DNA of 64,000 nucleotides from Candidatus Bathyarchaeota archaeon (GTDB lineage: Archaea > Thermoproteota > Bathyarchaeia > 40CM-2-53-6). The position numbers were made by a program, and so were the translations under genes. Positions within the stretch are counted from its first letter, which is position 1. Each line of letters opens with the position of its first letter. The stretch lies in contig CAVSBL010000002.1 of NCBI GenBank assembly GCA_963726255.1, forward strand, positions 512,001 to 576,000, read 5' to 3'. The notes under the pieces are model-generated. The model was not told the origin of the DNA and ran no database searches. It was given only the letters and a program-made list of their open reading frames with translations. Of the stretch, positions 47,268 to 57,731 are shown piece after piece.

Positions 47268-50135
47268 ATGGTCCTTCAACAGTCAAACGTCTTCGATGAA
47301 CTCGCAAAACCCATTCGCGATGCCATTGTAGATCGGGGCTTCACTTCTCCCACAGACCCTCAGCTAAGAGCGATTCCAGAGATCTTAGCCGGCAAGAATG
47401 TTCTGCTGATCTCGCCAACCGCTTCAGGAAAAACAGAGGCAGCGGTCCTACCTGTTCTGAGTAGGTACATTACAGATCGTGGGGAAGATCGAGGAATCAA
47501 GATACTCTACATTACCCCTCTACGGGCATTGAACCGTGACATGCTGGAACGATTCGAATGGTGGGGGAAGAAACTCGATCTGAGGATTGCGGTTCGGCAT
47601 GGGGATACGGAAGTCAAGGAAAGAACATTCCAAGCAAAGAACCCTCCAGACATGCTGATCATAACACCTGAAACGCTCCAAGCGATCTTGACCGGGCGTG
47701 TCATGAAACGCCATTTGCAAGCGGTGAACTTCGTAATAGTTGATGAGGTTCATGAGTTAGCTGAGGACAAGCGAGGAAGTCAACTCGCCCTAGCGTTAGA
47801 GCGGCTACGATGGGCAGCTATGCATGATTTTCAGGTAATCGGCCTTTCGGCCACTATAGGAACTCCTGAGAAAGTTGCTCGATTTCTGGTCGGAGTTGGC
47901 AGAGAAGTTACTATTGTCCATGTTCCAGTCGGGAGAGAGATTCACCTCGATATTACCTGTCCAAAACCTGAGGGAAGGGACATGGTGTTGGCTTCTCGAC
48001 TGTATACCCACCCTGATGTCGCGGCACGCTTGAGGCTCATGAGAGAACTGATAGAGTCTCATCGGTCCGTTATCCTCTTCACTAACACGAGGTCAATTGC
48101 GGAGATTCTTACTAGCCGAATGAAAGTCTGGGACGTTGACTTCCCCGTCTCAATTCACCACGGTTCACTTGCAAAACCGTCCCGAATTAGTGCTGAGAGG
48201 GGGCTGAAGGACGGCCAGCTCCGAGGGCTCGTCGCCACGTCATCTTTGGAGCTTGGGATTGATGTCGGTAGTGTCGACTTCGTTATTCAATACATGAGCC
48301 CGCGCCAAGTCACTAGGCTGATCCAGCGTGTGGGTAGGAGCGGTCATAGGATTGGGAGGATCGCGGACGGAATAATTGTTGCCTCAGACTCAGATGACAC
48401 GTTGGAAGCGATGGTGATCGCTCGCCGTGCTCTGGAGGAACGCCTTGAACCAGTTACAATTCCATACAAACCATTGGATGTCCTAGCCCATCAGTTAGTA
48501 GGCCTGCTGATACAGAAAGGAAGATGGTATGTCAACGAGGTTATGGACATTTTCACAAAGGCCTCCCCTTACGAACACTTAACGGAGGAAGACCTGATTG
48601 GCGTAATCAATTACATGCACTCCCGATTTCCAAGGCTGGCCTGGTATTCGGCGCAGGACAATGTAATACTAAGGCCGCGAAGGCTGAACGCGCTTTTCAC
48701 ATACTATTTTGGCAAGCTTTCCATGATACCCGACGAAAAACAGTACCTGATTATCGACCAGGGAAACGATGAAGCTGTCGGGGTTCTCGACGAAGCATTC
48801 GTGGCCGAGTACGGCGAGCCGGGACGGAAATTCATCGTCCGCGGTTCGCCTTGGAGAATGATGAGCATACGTGGAGACAAAATTTACGTCAAAGCCATTC
48901 GAGACCCGACCGGCTCAATTCCAAGTTGGGTGGGTGAAGAGATCCCTGTCCCATTTGAGATAGGCCAAGAAGTCGGCGCGACAAGACGGCGAGTAGAAGA
49001 AGGCGTTCAGGCGGGCAGGAGCGGTTCCGAGCTAGTTCAGGAGCTTTGTAGGGATTATCCGGCAGATTCTGAAACGGTAGAACGTTCATTGAGCGAAACG
49101 TTCGAACAAATCTCGCTAGGCTTGAAGGTCCCCACGGATATGCGGGTGGTTCTGGAGGACTGGGAAGACTTTGTCATAATCAACGCTCATTTCGGACTGT
49201 TGGTTAACAGGACCCTCGCTCGCTTGGTCGGGCATGTCCTGTCAGAGGAAATTGGCACCACGATAGGTGTCCAGCAGGACGCATACCGAATCGTTGTTCA
49301 AACCTCTGGGTCGGCTAACGCGTTGAAAGTTGCTGAGACGCTTCGCCGACTTGCAAGGATGGACGTTCAGACACTTGTCGTTGACGCCTCGAAGAAGACT
49401 GGCTTGTTCAAGCGCAGGCTAGTGCACGTAGCAAAGAGGTTTGGTGCCATTACCAAATGGGTAGAGTTTGGTAGCGTCAATCTCCGCCAAGTCATGAAGA
49501 GCTTCGAGGGGACGGTAATCATGGAGGAGGCTTTCAAGGAGACTATGGAGAAGGATTTGGATGTCCCGAACACTCTCCGGGTGCTGCAGAAATTCGGCAA
49601 TGAAATCGAGCTTTCAGTGGCCTCTCGAACACGAGAGGCAAGTCCAATTGCCAGGATAGGAATTGAGCGCATAAGCCGAAAAACGGACCTGATTCCACCT
49701 GAGAAAATGAAGCGAATTCTCGTTGAGTCGGCAAGGGTAAGGATACTCAATGAATCGAGAACTCTGGCATGTCCAGCCTGTCTGAGTTACGCCAAAATTC
49801 TAATGGTCAAAGATATGCCCACCGACTTCTCTTGCCCGAAATGTGGGACGGGTAAACTTGGAATCACCAGCGAACTCCCCGAACTTGTCGAGAAGATTGG
49901 ACGAAAGAGAGGACGCAACATGTCGGAACGGGAGGAAAGAGTTCGCGAGGATCTCAAAGCCAGCGCAGCACTACTCCAGAAATATGGCAAGGTGGCGGCA
50001 TATGTGCTCGCTGGAAGGAGGATAGGGCCTGGAGAAGCGAAGGTTGTCCTTAGGCGGACACATCGTGTGTCGGAGCGTCTCTATGAATCTATCATGGATG
50101 CTGAAAGGCGGGTTCTTCGCCGCAGATTTTGGTGA
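47268..50135 (+). CDS. lhr: Lhr-family SF2 helicase with C-terminal Zn finger
   Basis: PTASGKT, PLRALNRD, RHGDT, DEVHE, SAT, QRVGRSGH, IPSWVGE, CPAC/CPKC. Confidence 0.93.
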   Translation: MVLQQSNVFDELAKPIRDAIVDRGFTSPTDPQLRAIPEILAGKNVLLISPTASGKTEAAVLPVLSRYITDRGEDRGIKILYITPLRALNRDMLERFEWWGKKLDLRIAVRHGDTEVKERTFQAKNPPDMLIITPETLQAILTGRVMKRHLQAVNFVIVDEVHELAEDKRGSQLALALERLRWAAMHDFQVIGLSATIGTPEKVARFLVGVGREVTIVHVPVGREIHLDITCPKPEGRDMVLASRLYTHPDVAARLRLMRELIESHRSVILFTNTRSIAEILTSRMKVWDVDFPVSIHHGSLAKPSRISAERGLKDGQLRGLVATSSLELGIDVGSVDFVIQYMSPRQVTRLIQRVGRSGHRIGRIADGIIVASDSDDTLEAMVIARRALEERLEPVTIPYKPLDVLAHQLVGLLIQKGRWYVNEVMDIFTKASPYEHLTEEDLIGVINYMHSRFPRLAWYSAQDNVILRPRRLNALFTYYFGKLSMIPDEKQYLIIDQGNDEAVGVLDEAFVAEYGEPGRKFIVRGSPWRMMSIRGDKIYVKAIRDPTGSIPSWVGEEIPVPFEIGQEVGATRRRVEEGVQAGRSGSELVQELCRDYPADSETVERSLSETFEQISLGLKVPTDMRVVLEDWEDFVIINAHFGLLVNRTLARLVGHVLSEEIGTTIGVQQDAYRIVVQTSGSANALKVAETLRRLARMDVQTLVVDASKKTGLFKRRLVHVAKRFGAITKWVEFGSVNLRQVMKSFEGTVIMEEAFKETMEKDLDVPNTLRVLQKFGNEIELSVASRTREASPIARIGIERISRKTDLIPPEKMKRILVESARVRILNESRTLACPACLSYAKILMVKDMPTDFSCPKCGTGKLGITSELPELVEKIGRKRGRNMSEREERVREDLKASAALLQKYGKVAAYVLAGRRIGPGEAKVVLRRTHRVSERLYESIMDAERRVLRRRFW

Positions 50136-50140
50136 CTGAA

Positions 50141-50290
50141 AGTGGTGCGTTGGTGTACCTCCGCAAGGACGATAAGCCGGAGCGGTCAAAGGTGTTTGGG
50201 CAATGACGAAAGCTGGTATTGGAGTAACCTGTGATCGAAGAAACCAGACCGGAGCCCGCAACCCTTAGCTAGAGAGAGAACGGCACCGCT
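50141..50290 (+). ncRNA. Candidate composite K-turn/C/D guide RNA
   Basis: Closing stem AGTGGTGCGTT/AAC(G)GCACCGCT; inner GGGC-ATGACGA...CGGA-GCCC module with two elements antisense to 16S helix 18. Confidence 0.6.
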
Positions 50291-50350
50291 ACCTGCCGCG
50301 AACAATTTTCAAGTCTAAGAACATTTCTTCCGCGCACGGCGTGTGGGAGC

Positions 50351-50361
50351 TTTTATATAAA
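50351..50361 (+). promoter_or_regulatory. TATA box candidate for the peptide ABC operon
   Basis: TTTTATATAAA about 50 nt upstream of ATG 50411. Confidence 0.6.
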
Positions 50362-50410
50362 CAAACGACGCCTGTCTGTTCCACGGAAATTTTGGAGGAA
50401 AATAACGTAA

Positions 50411-52063
50411 ATGTCAGCTACATCGAAACGAAACACAACATACATCGCGGCAGCAGTTCTAATCGTAATCATACTTGCCGGAGTAGGCTACTACTTCTAC
50501 TCATCACCGAGCGCTCCCACCATGACTACTCAATCGATGCCCACTTACAAGGACACTATCGTGATAGGCACAACCGACACAGTCCAGACCACACTTGACC
50601 CGGCGGACGCATACGACTACTTCGCACAAAGCGTAATCATGACCAACATAGCCAACGGGCTCGTCGAATATAGACCGGGAACAACAGAATTTGTGCCAGC
50701 GTTGGCGACAGATTGGAGCGTAAGCCCAGATGGCCTCACGTGGACATTCAACCTGCGGCAGGGCGTAAAATTTGCGGACGGAACACCATTCGATGCAAAC
50801 GTCATGAAGTATACCATGGATAGAGAGTTTGCAATAGACGAACCATCAGGTCCATTCGCGGGAGTCGGTCTTGACACACTAATCAACAAAACTATTGTGA
50901 CAAGCCAATACCAAGTTCAATTCGTTCTTAACGAGCCCTTCTCAGCGTTCTTGGCGATGGTCGCCTTCCAAGCCATGTGGCCAGTCAACCCGAATGTGGC
51001 TCCTATGCATTCTATTGTGAACTACACTGGAGATGTGAAAACAGAAGTCAACACAAACATCGGAGCGTACATGGTGACCGCTTGGCAAAGAACAGGCGGC
51101 AAGGATGTTGAGATCGATCTACAGGCAAATCCAAACTATTGGAACGCGTCAGGTGGTAATCCCAAGACAAAGAACATAATTTTCAAGATCTACTCCGACT
51201 CAACATCACTCAACCTGGCTATGCAGAGTGGTGCGATCGATATCGCGTACAGACAGCTCTCCCCAACTGACAATCAGGCGTACCAGACAAACGCGAACTT
51301 CAAGTTCTGGGAAGGTCCAGGCACATTCATACAATATCTTTGTTTCAACTTGAAATCACCGCCGTTCGACAACGTTGCGGTGAGGCAAGCAGTCGCGGCG
51401 GGTATTGACAGGTCCCTCATAACTAACACGGTCTTTCTAGGACAGATGGTCCCGTTGTACAGCATGATACCTGCTGGAATGTCCTATCATGAGGATGCGT
51501 TCAAGACTTACGGCGACGCGAACGTAGCCCAAGCTACGTCGTTGCTGCAAAGCGCAGGTTACAGTGCCTCAAACCCATTGAAGTTCACTTTGACATACCC
51601 CACTGGGCACTACTCGTCGACAGACGGGATTTCTTCTGCAATTAAGCAGGCGCTCGAAAAGACTGGGATGGTACAGGTTACACTCGCCAGTGAACCCTGG
51701 GCAAACTACAAGGCAAGTACGCAGTCGGATCAACTTCAGGCGTATATTTACGGTTGGTACCCTGACTTTTTGGATCCGTTCGATTACACGCAACCATTTC
51801 TGCCAGCAGACGGCCGCGGTTTCCTGAACACGCACTACGTCAGCCCCGACATGACAGCACTGATTAAGACAGTGGGTTCATCCACTGACACGAGTGTGCT
51901 GGCTACGACGTACACGAGCATCCAGGAGTTGACCGCCAAAGACGCGCCAGTAGTGCCTCTCTTTCAAGGCAAAAGCACTGCTGTAAGCAATCTCAAGGTT
52001 GGCGGAATCGTACTGGACGCCACAATCTGGTTCAGAGCCTACTTGTTGTGGGAAACGACATAG
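50411..52063 (+). CDS. Peptide/nickel ABC transporter substrate-binding protein (family 5)
   Basis: N-terminal TM helix, LDPA, PALATDW, LRQGVKFADGTPF, NPNYW. Confidence 0.93.
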   Translation: MSATSKRNTTYIAAAVLIVIILAGVGYYFYSSPSAPTMTTQSMPTYKDTIVIGTTDTVQTTLDPADAYDYFAQSVIMTNIANGLVEYRPGTTEFVPALATDWSVSPDGLTWTFNLRQGVKFADGTPFDANVMKYTMDREFAIDEPSGPFAGVGLDTLINKTIVTSQYQVQFVLNEPFSAFLAMVAFQAMWPVNPNVAPMHSIVNYTGDVKTEVNTNIGAYMVTAWQRTGGKDVEIDLQANPNYWNASGGNPKTKNIIFKIYSDSTSLNLAMQSGAIDIAYRQLSPTDNQAYQTNANFKFWEGPGTFIQYLCFNLKSPPFDNVAVRQAVAAGIDRSLITNTVFLGQMVPLYSMIPAGMSYHEDAFKTYGDANVAQATSLLQSAGYSASNPLKFTLTYPTGHYSSTDGISSAIKQALEKTGMVQVTLASEPWANYKASTQSDQLQAYIYGWYPDFLDPFDYTQPFLPADGRGFLNTHYVSPDMTALIKTVGSSTDTSVLATTYTSIQELTAKDAPVVPLFQGKSTAVSNLKVGGIVLDATIWFRAYLLWETT

Positions 52064-52091
52064 AAATCCTCTGGGTAAGTTTAAAACCCAG

Positions 52092-52112
52092 CCTCCACTC
52101 CCTCCCTTTTTT
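52092..52112 (+). terminator. C-rich/oligo-T intra-operon terminator candidate
   Basis: CCTCCACTCCCTCCCTTTTTT between the SBP and permease genes. Confidence 0.5.
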
Positions 52113-53144
52113 GTGGGCTTAAGAGATTACGTAATCACTAGGATACTACTAACAATCCCAATGATTATGATTTTGCTTTCGATCGTATTCATAATCATGA
52201 GGGTTTTACCAGGCAACCCTGTGTTGCTTAGGTTTGAGAAGAACGCCGACCCGGCATTGATAGCATCGTATACCCATCAGCTCGGGTTGGACAGGCCACT
52301 GTATCTCCAGTATGTTGATTACCTTTGGGGTCTTTTGCACGGCAACTTTGGAGTCTCGATGGCAGGGGATTTCGCACCAGTTGGCCCCCAAATACTCTCC
52401 AGATTTCCTGCTACCCTTGAATTGACGTTTTACGCGTTCATCGTAGCAGTACTAGTAGGAGTCTTCTTGGGCGCGTTTGGTGCTCGTAGGGGGGGTGCTC
52501 CTGACGAGTCCGTCAAGGTGTTCGGTATCCTCATCTACGCTTTTCCTGTTTTCTTTCTTGGCATGATACTTCAACTAGTGTTTGGAATTTGGGTTCATCT
52601 CTTGCCAGTAACAGGAAGACTTAGTGCGGGGATTCAGCCCACGGGGCTGTCGATTAACGGAGTTCAATATCAAACTGGCATATACACGCTCGATAGCCTC
52701 CTGGCGGGCAATGTCATCGAACTCATAGATGCGGTTAGGCATTTGATCCTTCCCTGTCTCGCTCTTGGCTTGGTTATCTCCGGAGTATTTGTGAGGATGA
52801 CCCGGGCAAATATGATGGAAACAATGAGGTCAGATTTTGTCACGGCTGCCCGTGCAAGGGGATTGAAAGAGAGAACTGTCGTGTATGCTTACGCACTTAG
52901 GAATGCGATGCTTCCGATCGTTACAATCATGGGGTTGCAGTTTGCCGTTTTGCTTAGTGGCGCGATACTTACTGAGACTGAGTTTAGTATTCTTGGGCTT
53001 GGGACCTACCTGATTGACAGGATAAATTTCAGGGATTACACAGCCGTCCAAGGCACCGTCGTTTTTCTCGCTCTTCTGATATCCTCTGTGAGCCTCATCG
53101 TTGACATCCTGTACGCCTATCTCGATCCCAGGGTTAGACTATGA
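52113..53144 (+). CDS. Peptide ABC permease (DppB-like)
   Basis: LPGNP, FPATLEL, TAARARGL, LDPRVR. Confidence 0.93.
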   Translation: MGLRDYVITRILLTIPMIMILLSIVFIIMRVLPGNPVLLRFEKNADPALIASYTHQLGLDRPLYLQYVDYLWGLLHGNFGVSMAGDFAPVGPQILSRFPATLELTFYAFIVAVLVGVFLGAFGARRGGAPDESVKVFGILIYAFPVFFLGMILQLVFGIWVHLLPVTGRLSAGIQPTGLSINGVQYQTGIYTLDSLLAGNVIELIDAVRHLILPCLALGLVISGVFVRMTRANMMETMRSDFVTAARARGLKERTVVYAYALRNAMLPIVTIMGLQFAVLLSGAILTETEFSILGLGTYLIDRINFRDYTAVQGTVVFLALLISSVSLIVDILYAYLDPRVRL

Positions 53145-54022
53145 AGCAGAATAATTCCCGCCAACACCCAGCCTCTCTGATGGGGAACCTGCTCTCACCG
53201 CTCATAGGAAAGGGGCGCGGCAGGGCTTTGATGTTCGTTGGCATTGGAATAGCCTTGGTCATAACTCTCATGAGCGTGACTGCCCCGTTCATCTCACCCC
53301 ACGACCCAACGGTCATCGGCTTGGGGCCTGTAAACTCCCCCCCGAGTGCTAAATTTCCTCTTGGAACGGATCAATATGGCCGAGACCTTCTCAGCCGGAC
53401 AATTTGGGGTGGGCGGTTCATACTGCTCGTCGCAGTCGCGGCAGTTTTGATCTGTATGGCTGTAGGGTTGCCGATCGGGCTCGTATCGGCTTACAATGGT
53501 GGTAATCTGGACAGGACCGTGGCGCTTGTAATGGATAGCATCTATGCCTTTCCGAGTCTGGTGCTCGCCATAATGATCATCAGCGTGTTCGGCGTTTCAA
53601 TAATCAACGAAGCGTTGGCAATCGCTGTGGTTTACATACCAACTTACTTCAGAGTAGTAAGAAGTCAGGTACTCGCGATTAAGGAGATGCCGTACGTAGA
53701 CGCCGCAAAGTCCGTTGGCGCAAACGGCCCTTCAATTTTGCTAAAATACATCTTGCCAAACGTGATTTCATCGACCGTTGTGGTTGCCACGGTTAACTTT
53801 GCTGACTCAATTCTTACGACAGCAGGGCTTGATTTCATAGGCTTAGGCTTGCCAGTTACCCTTCCGGACTGGGGAATAGACCTCACATATGGCAGGATGT
53901 CTCTGCCCACTGGAAGTTGGTGGACCATATTCTTTTCAGGTCTCATGATTCTCCTGGCTGCACTGGGCTTCTCTCTGATCAGCGAGGGTTACGCTGAGAG
54001 GACAAATCCCAAACTCCGGTGA
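53141..54022 (+). CDS. Peptide ABC permease (DppC-like)
   Basis: LGTDQYGRD, YVDAAKSVGA, PDWG. Confidence 0.93.
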   Translation: MKQNNSRQHPASLMGNLLSPLIGKGRGRALMFVGIGIALVITLMSVTAPFISPHDPTVIGLGPVNSPPSAKFPLGTDQYGRDLLSRTIWGGRFILLVAVAAVLICMAVGLPIGLVSAYNGGNLDRTVALVMDSIYAFPSLVLAIMIISVFGVSIINEALAIAVVYIPTYFRVVRSQVLAIKEMPYVDAAKSVGANGPSILLKYILPNVISSTVVVATVNFADSILTTAGLDFIGLGLPVTLPDWGIDLTYGRMSLPTGSWWTIFFSGLMILLAALGFSLISEGYAERTNPKLR

Positions 54023-54026
54023 AATC

Positions 54027-55010
54027 TTGGACGCACTTGTAGACATTGAAGCTCTCTCGGTCGAGTACAGGACTGATGTTATTGCACAGGCGGTACAAGA
54101 TGTCTCGCTAGAAATCAGAAAAGGAGAAACACTTGGACTAGTTGGCGAATCCGGGTCGGGAAAATCTACCCTAGGAATGGCGCTGATGGGGCTCATCCAG
54201 CCTCCAGGGTACATTACTTCTGGAGAAGTAACCTTTGACGGAATGGACCTCAGGCACCTAAGCAAGGATGCCCTAAGAAACATTCGGGGAAAAAGGATCG
54301 CGATGATCTTCCAAGACCCCATGACTTCCCTAAATCCTGTCAAGAAGATTGGCAATCATTTTATAGAGTATATCCAGGCGCATGAGCCGAACACTTCTGA
54401 GGGAAAAGCGAGGTCAATTGCGGAAACGGCCTTAGCCGACCTTGGAATTCCTGCTTCAAGGATCGACGACTACCCGCACCAGTTCAGCGGTGGAATGAGG
54501 CAAAGAGTCATGATCGGCCTAGCGCTCGCGTTAAGTCCGTCCCTCATAATAGCGGATGAACCAACCACAGCGCTAGACGTTATCGTGGAAGCCCAAATTC
54601 TGAAACTTCTAAGGGACCTGAAAGCGAAGTATTCGCTTTCCCTCATGCTCATCACACACAATATGGGCATCGTTGCAGAAATGGCGGATAGAGTTGCCGT
54701 AATGTACGCCGGGAGAATTGCCGAAGTCGCTCCAACAACCAAGATATTCGAGGACCCGAAACACCCCTACACCAAGGCGCTCTTGGACACAATTCCTAAC
54801 ATCCAAGTTGAAGACAAGGTCCTCAACACTATCCCAGGTTCGCCACCGAGTCTAACCGATCCGCCACCAGGTTGTCCCTTTCATCCCCGATGCCCTTACG
54901 CGTTCGAGAGGTGTCGAGCTGAAGTGCCCGAACCCATCGTGACCGGAACTGAGTCTGAAGCGGCTTGTTTTCTGCTGGAGGGTGTAGTAGCTCGCCATTC
55001 ATTGAAGTAA
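54027..55010 (+). CDS. Peptide ABC ATPase (DppD-like)
   Basis: GESGSGKS, YPHQFSGG, HPYT, GCPFHPRC. Confidence 0.95.
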   Translation: MDALVDIEALSVEYRTDVIAQAVQDVSLEIRKGETLGLVGESGSGKSTLGMALMGLIQPPGYITSGEVTFDGMDLRHLSKDALRNIRGKRIAMIFQDPMTSLNPVKKIGNHFIEYIQAHEPNTSEGKARSIAETALADLGIPASRIDDYPHQFSGGMRQRVMIGLALALSPSLIIADEPTTALDVIVEAQILKLLRDLKAKYSLSLMLITHNMGIVAEMADRVAVMYAGRIAEVAPTTKIFEDPKHPYTKALLDTIPNIQVEDKVLNTIPGSPPSLTDPPPGCPFHPRCPYAFERCRAEVPEPIVTGTESEAACFLLEGVVARHSLK

Positions 55011-55978
55011 AGAATCTGAAGAAGTACTTCCCGGTTTCGAAGGGACTTGTGGCTCAACTGATGTCCCGCACAGGCGAGTCTGTCAAAGCAGTAGATAACG
55101 TCACATTCAATGTGGAAAAGGGCGATGTGTTTGGCCTTGTTGGGGAATCAGGCAGCGGAAAGACCACGACTGGCAAGATCACAGCGGGCCTTCTCAGACC
55201 TACCAGCGGTAAGGTCATGATTGACGGCGTCGATCTCTACACCCTCGAACGGAAGAAGCTCCGTGCGTTCAGACGCAAAATGCAGTTCGTTTTCCAAGAC
55301 CCATTATCCTCCTTAAATCCGAAGATGACAATTGGTAACGCGATTGCAGAACCGCTGCGCTATCTGAGCGACGTACCCGCATCAAAAAGACGAAACCAAG
55401 TTCTTGCGATTCTAGAAAGAGTTGGGTTATCGCCCGCCGACTCGTTCTATTCAAGATACCCCCACCACCTTAGTGGTGGGCAGAGACAGAGGGTGGTTAT
55501 CGCGAGAGCGATTTCGATAGATCCTGAATACTTGATCGCAGACGAACCCGTGGCAATGGTTGATGTTTCCGTTAGGGCCCAAATAATCGAGCTGCTTCTG
55601 AAAATGCAGCGGGAACTGAACCTAACGATATTACTCATAACCCATGACTTGGCAGTCGCCAAATACATGTGCAACAAGATTTCTGTCATGTATCTTGGTA
55701 AGATTATGGAATCGGGACGAAGGAAAGATATCTTCGCAAATCCACTGCATCCTTACACGCAAGCCTTGCTCCAAGCTGTTCCTATTCCGAATCCAAGGCA
55801 ACGCTCGGACAAGCAAATACCGCTAGGGGAAATACCAAGCGCGTTGAACCCGCCAGCCGGATGCGTATTTCATCCACGCTGCCCATTCGTTTTCGGCAGG
55901 TGCTCTGTTGAAGTGCCAGAACTTCTCGAACGGGATGCGGGACACTTCGTCGCCTGCCACCTCTATTCAGGGAAATAG
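54965..55978 (+). CDS. Peptide ABC ATPase (DppF-like)
   Basis: GESGSGKT, LSGGQRQR, HPYT, GCVFHPRC; start uncertain. Confidence 0.93.
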   Translation: MFSAGGCSSSPFIEVKNLKKYFPVSKGLVAQLMSRTGESVKAVDNVTFNVEKGDVFGLVGESGSGKTTTGKITAGLLRPTSGKVMIDGVDLYTLERKKLRAFRRKMQFVFQDPLSSLNPKMTIGNAIAEPLRYLSDVPASKRRNQVLAILERVGLSPADSFYSRYPHHLSGGQRQRVVIARAISIDPEYLIADEPVAMVDVSVRAQIIELLLKMQRELNLTILLITHDLAVAKYMCNKISVMYLGKIMESGRRKDIFANPLHPYTQALLQAVPIPNPRQRSDKQIPLGEIPSALNPPAGCVFHPRCPFVFGRCSVEVPELLERDAGHFVACHLYSGK

Positions 55979-56001
55979 AATAGAGTTCGGTGGGCGTCAG
56001 C

Positions 56002-56403
56002 TCATTCAGCGGGTGACCGCGTCGCTCTTCTGCGCATTTCCCATTTAGTTGCTGATTCGAATCCGAGGCGTTGGTAGAATTCCTCAGTTCCGTCGAAGGG
56101 TATGACTGAAAATGCGCTCTCCGGATAATGGTCTAGGGCAGCCTGAATCAAGCCAGTGCCGACGCCGCGGCCTTTGTGCAAGGCGGACACTTGAAGGTAC
56201 ATGACCTTGAATTCATTCGGGCCTGCTCTCCCGAGCACAGTCAACCCTACGATACTATCTCCCTCGACCGCAATCCAGAACTCGTGTCCTATGCCTAAGA
56301 CGTTGAATTCGATGCTCTCCGCCGTCGCGGATAACCCCTCAGAAATCTGCAGCTTTGATAAGTCCTCGAGGTTCCCCTTACGATAAACAATCGGAGAGGT
56401 CAT
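56002..56403 (-). CDS. GNAT family acetyltransferase
   Basis: V...HKGRGVG motif A and FYQRLGF. Confidence 0.88.
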   Translation of the reverse strand: MTSPIVYRKGNLEDLSKLQISEGLSATAESIEFNVLGIGHEFWIAVEGDSIVGLTVLGRAGPNEFKVMYLQVSALHKGRGVGTGLIQAALDHYPESAFSVIPFDGTEEFYQRLGFESATKWEMRRRATRSPAE

Positions 56404-56516
56404 TCACAACACCGAATTCCTCATTGATTTAACCACAAGGTTTATGTTTAGTCATCCCGAACCGGTCGCCGAACGAAACTCACAATTCTATCGAACAGTC
56501 TAGGATATGATGATTC

Positions 56517-57251
56517 TTGGGTAAACAGATTCGCGTCCAACGAAGAGGAAAGGGCGGGTCGGTTTTCAGAGCCCGAACTTTTCGGCGAATCGCACCCGCA
56601 CGATTTCCCCCCGCCGCAGCGGACTACCCGTCACTGAAAGGCGTTGTCAAGGAGATTATGCACGAGTCCGCTAGAGGAGCACCGCTTGCGTTTGTGGAGT
56701 TCGCCAATGGTACTGCTTGCTGTCTTCCTGCGCCCGAGGGCCTCGCATTAAACCAAGGCATAACCGTTGGAACCGACGCCTCGCCCGACATTGGAAACGT
56801 CTTGCCACTTGGCCGCGTTCCGGAAGGGACGATGGTATCGAGCGTAGAATTACGGCCTGGCGATGGAGGCCGTTTGGCCAAATCTTCAGGGACATATTGT
56901 ATGATCGTCTCGCACACACCACAGGGAACAGAGGTTCGCATGCCCTCAGGGAAATCAGTCTACATGAACGACCAATGTCGAGCAATGGTGGGCGTTGTGG
57001 CTGGCGCGGGAAGAATCGAGAAACCCTTCCTGAAGGCTGGAAACGTCATGAAATTAATGAGGGCACGCGGCCGGGTCTGGCCAACTACCTCGGGACAGAA
57101 GATGATATCGGCCTCTCACCCTCATGGTGGTGGAAGGCACAAACATGCTGGAAAACCAACCACAGTCGGCCGAAACACACCGCCGGGAAGAAAAGTTGGA
57201 ATGATCGCCGCCCGACAGACTGGCCGAGCGAAGAGAGCGATTAGAACTTGA
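56517..57251 (+). CDS. rpl2: 50S ribosomal protein L2
   Basis: QRRGKG, ELRPGDGG, KPFLKAG, HPHGGG, PPGRKVG. Confidence 0.97.
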   Translation: MGKQIRVQRRGKGGSVFRARTFRRIAPARFPPAAADYPSLKGVVKEIMHESARGAPLAFVEFANGTACCLPAPEGLALNQGITVGTDASPDIGNVLPLGRVPEGTMVSSVELRPGDGGRLAKSSGTYCMIVSHTPQGTEVRMPSGKSVYMNDQCRAMVGVVAGAGRIEKPFLKAGNVMKLMRARGRVWPTTSGQKMISASHPHGGGRHKHAGKPTTVGRNTPPGRKVGMIAARQTGRAKRAIRT

Positions 57252-57268
57252 CGACGCTGGTGATTTAG

Positions 57269-57661
57269 ATGACCCTAGTAGACCCATTATCAAATGCTCT
57301 GAACACTATTTACAATAATGAAAGACGACACAAGCGCGACTGTATCGTCTGGCCAGCCTCGAAGTTAATGGGGCAGGTTCTGCGAGTCATGCAAAAGAAC
57401 GGTTACATTGGAGAATTCGAGTTCATCGACGACGGTCGTGCAGGCAAATACCGAGTCCAGCTCTTGGGCCGAGTCAACAAGTGCGGCGTCATCAAGCCGA
57501 GATATGCCGTCAGGACTCCAGAAATCGAAGCCTGGGAGGAACGGTATCTCCCCTCACGTGAGGTCGGCGTTCTCATCGTGAGCACGCCGAAAGGTGTAGT
57601 GTCCCACATGGACGCCAGAACTGCCAAGACAGGCGGACGTCTCCTCGCGTACGTCTTCTAA
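57269..57661 (+). CDS. rps8: 30S ribosomal protein S8
   Basis: DPLSNAL, GYIGEFEFIDDGR, GGRLLAYV. Confidence 0.97.
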   Translation: MTLVDPLSNALNTIYNNERRHKRDCIVWPASKLMGQVLRVMQKNGYIGEFEFIDDGRAGKYRVQLLGRVNKCGVIKPRYAVRTPEIEAWEERYLPSREVGVLIVSTPKGVVSHMDARTAKTGGRLLAYVF

Positions 57662-57731
57662 CTACATCCAGCTGGAAACGCTTTAATTGTGCACTGAGGA
57701 GTCGAGGTTACTTCAAAGAGCGAACTAGAAA

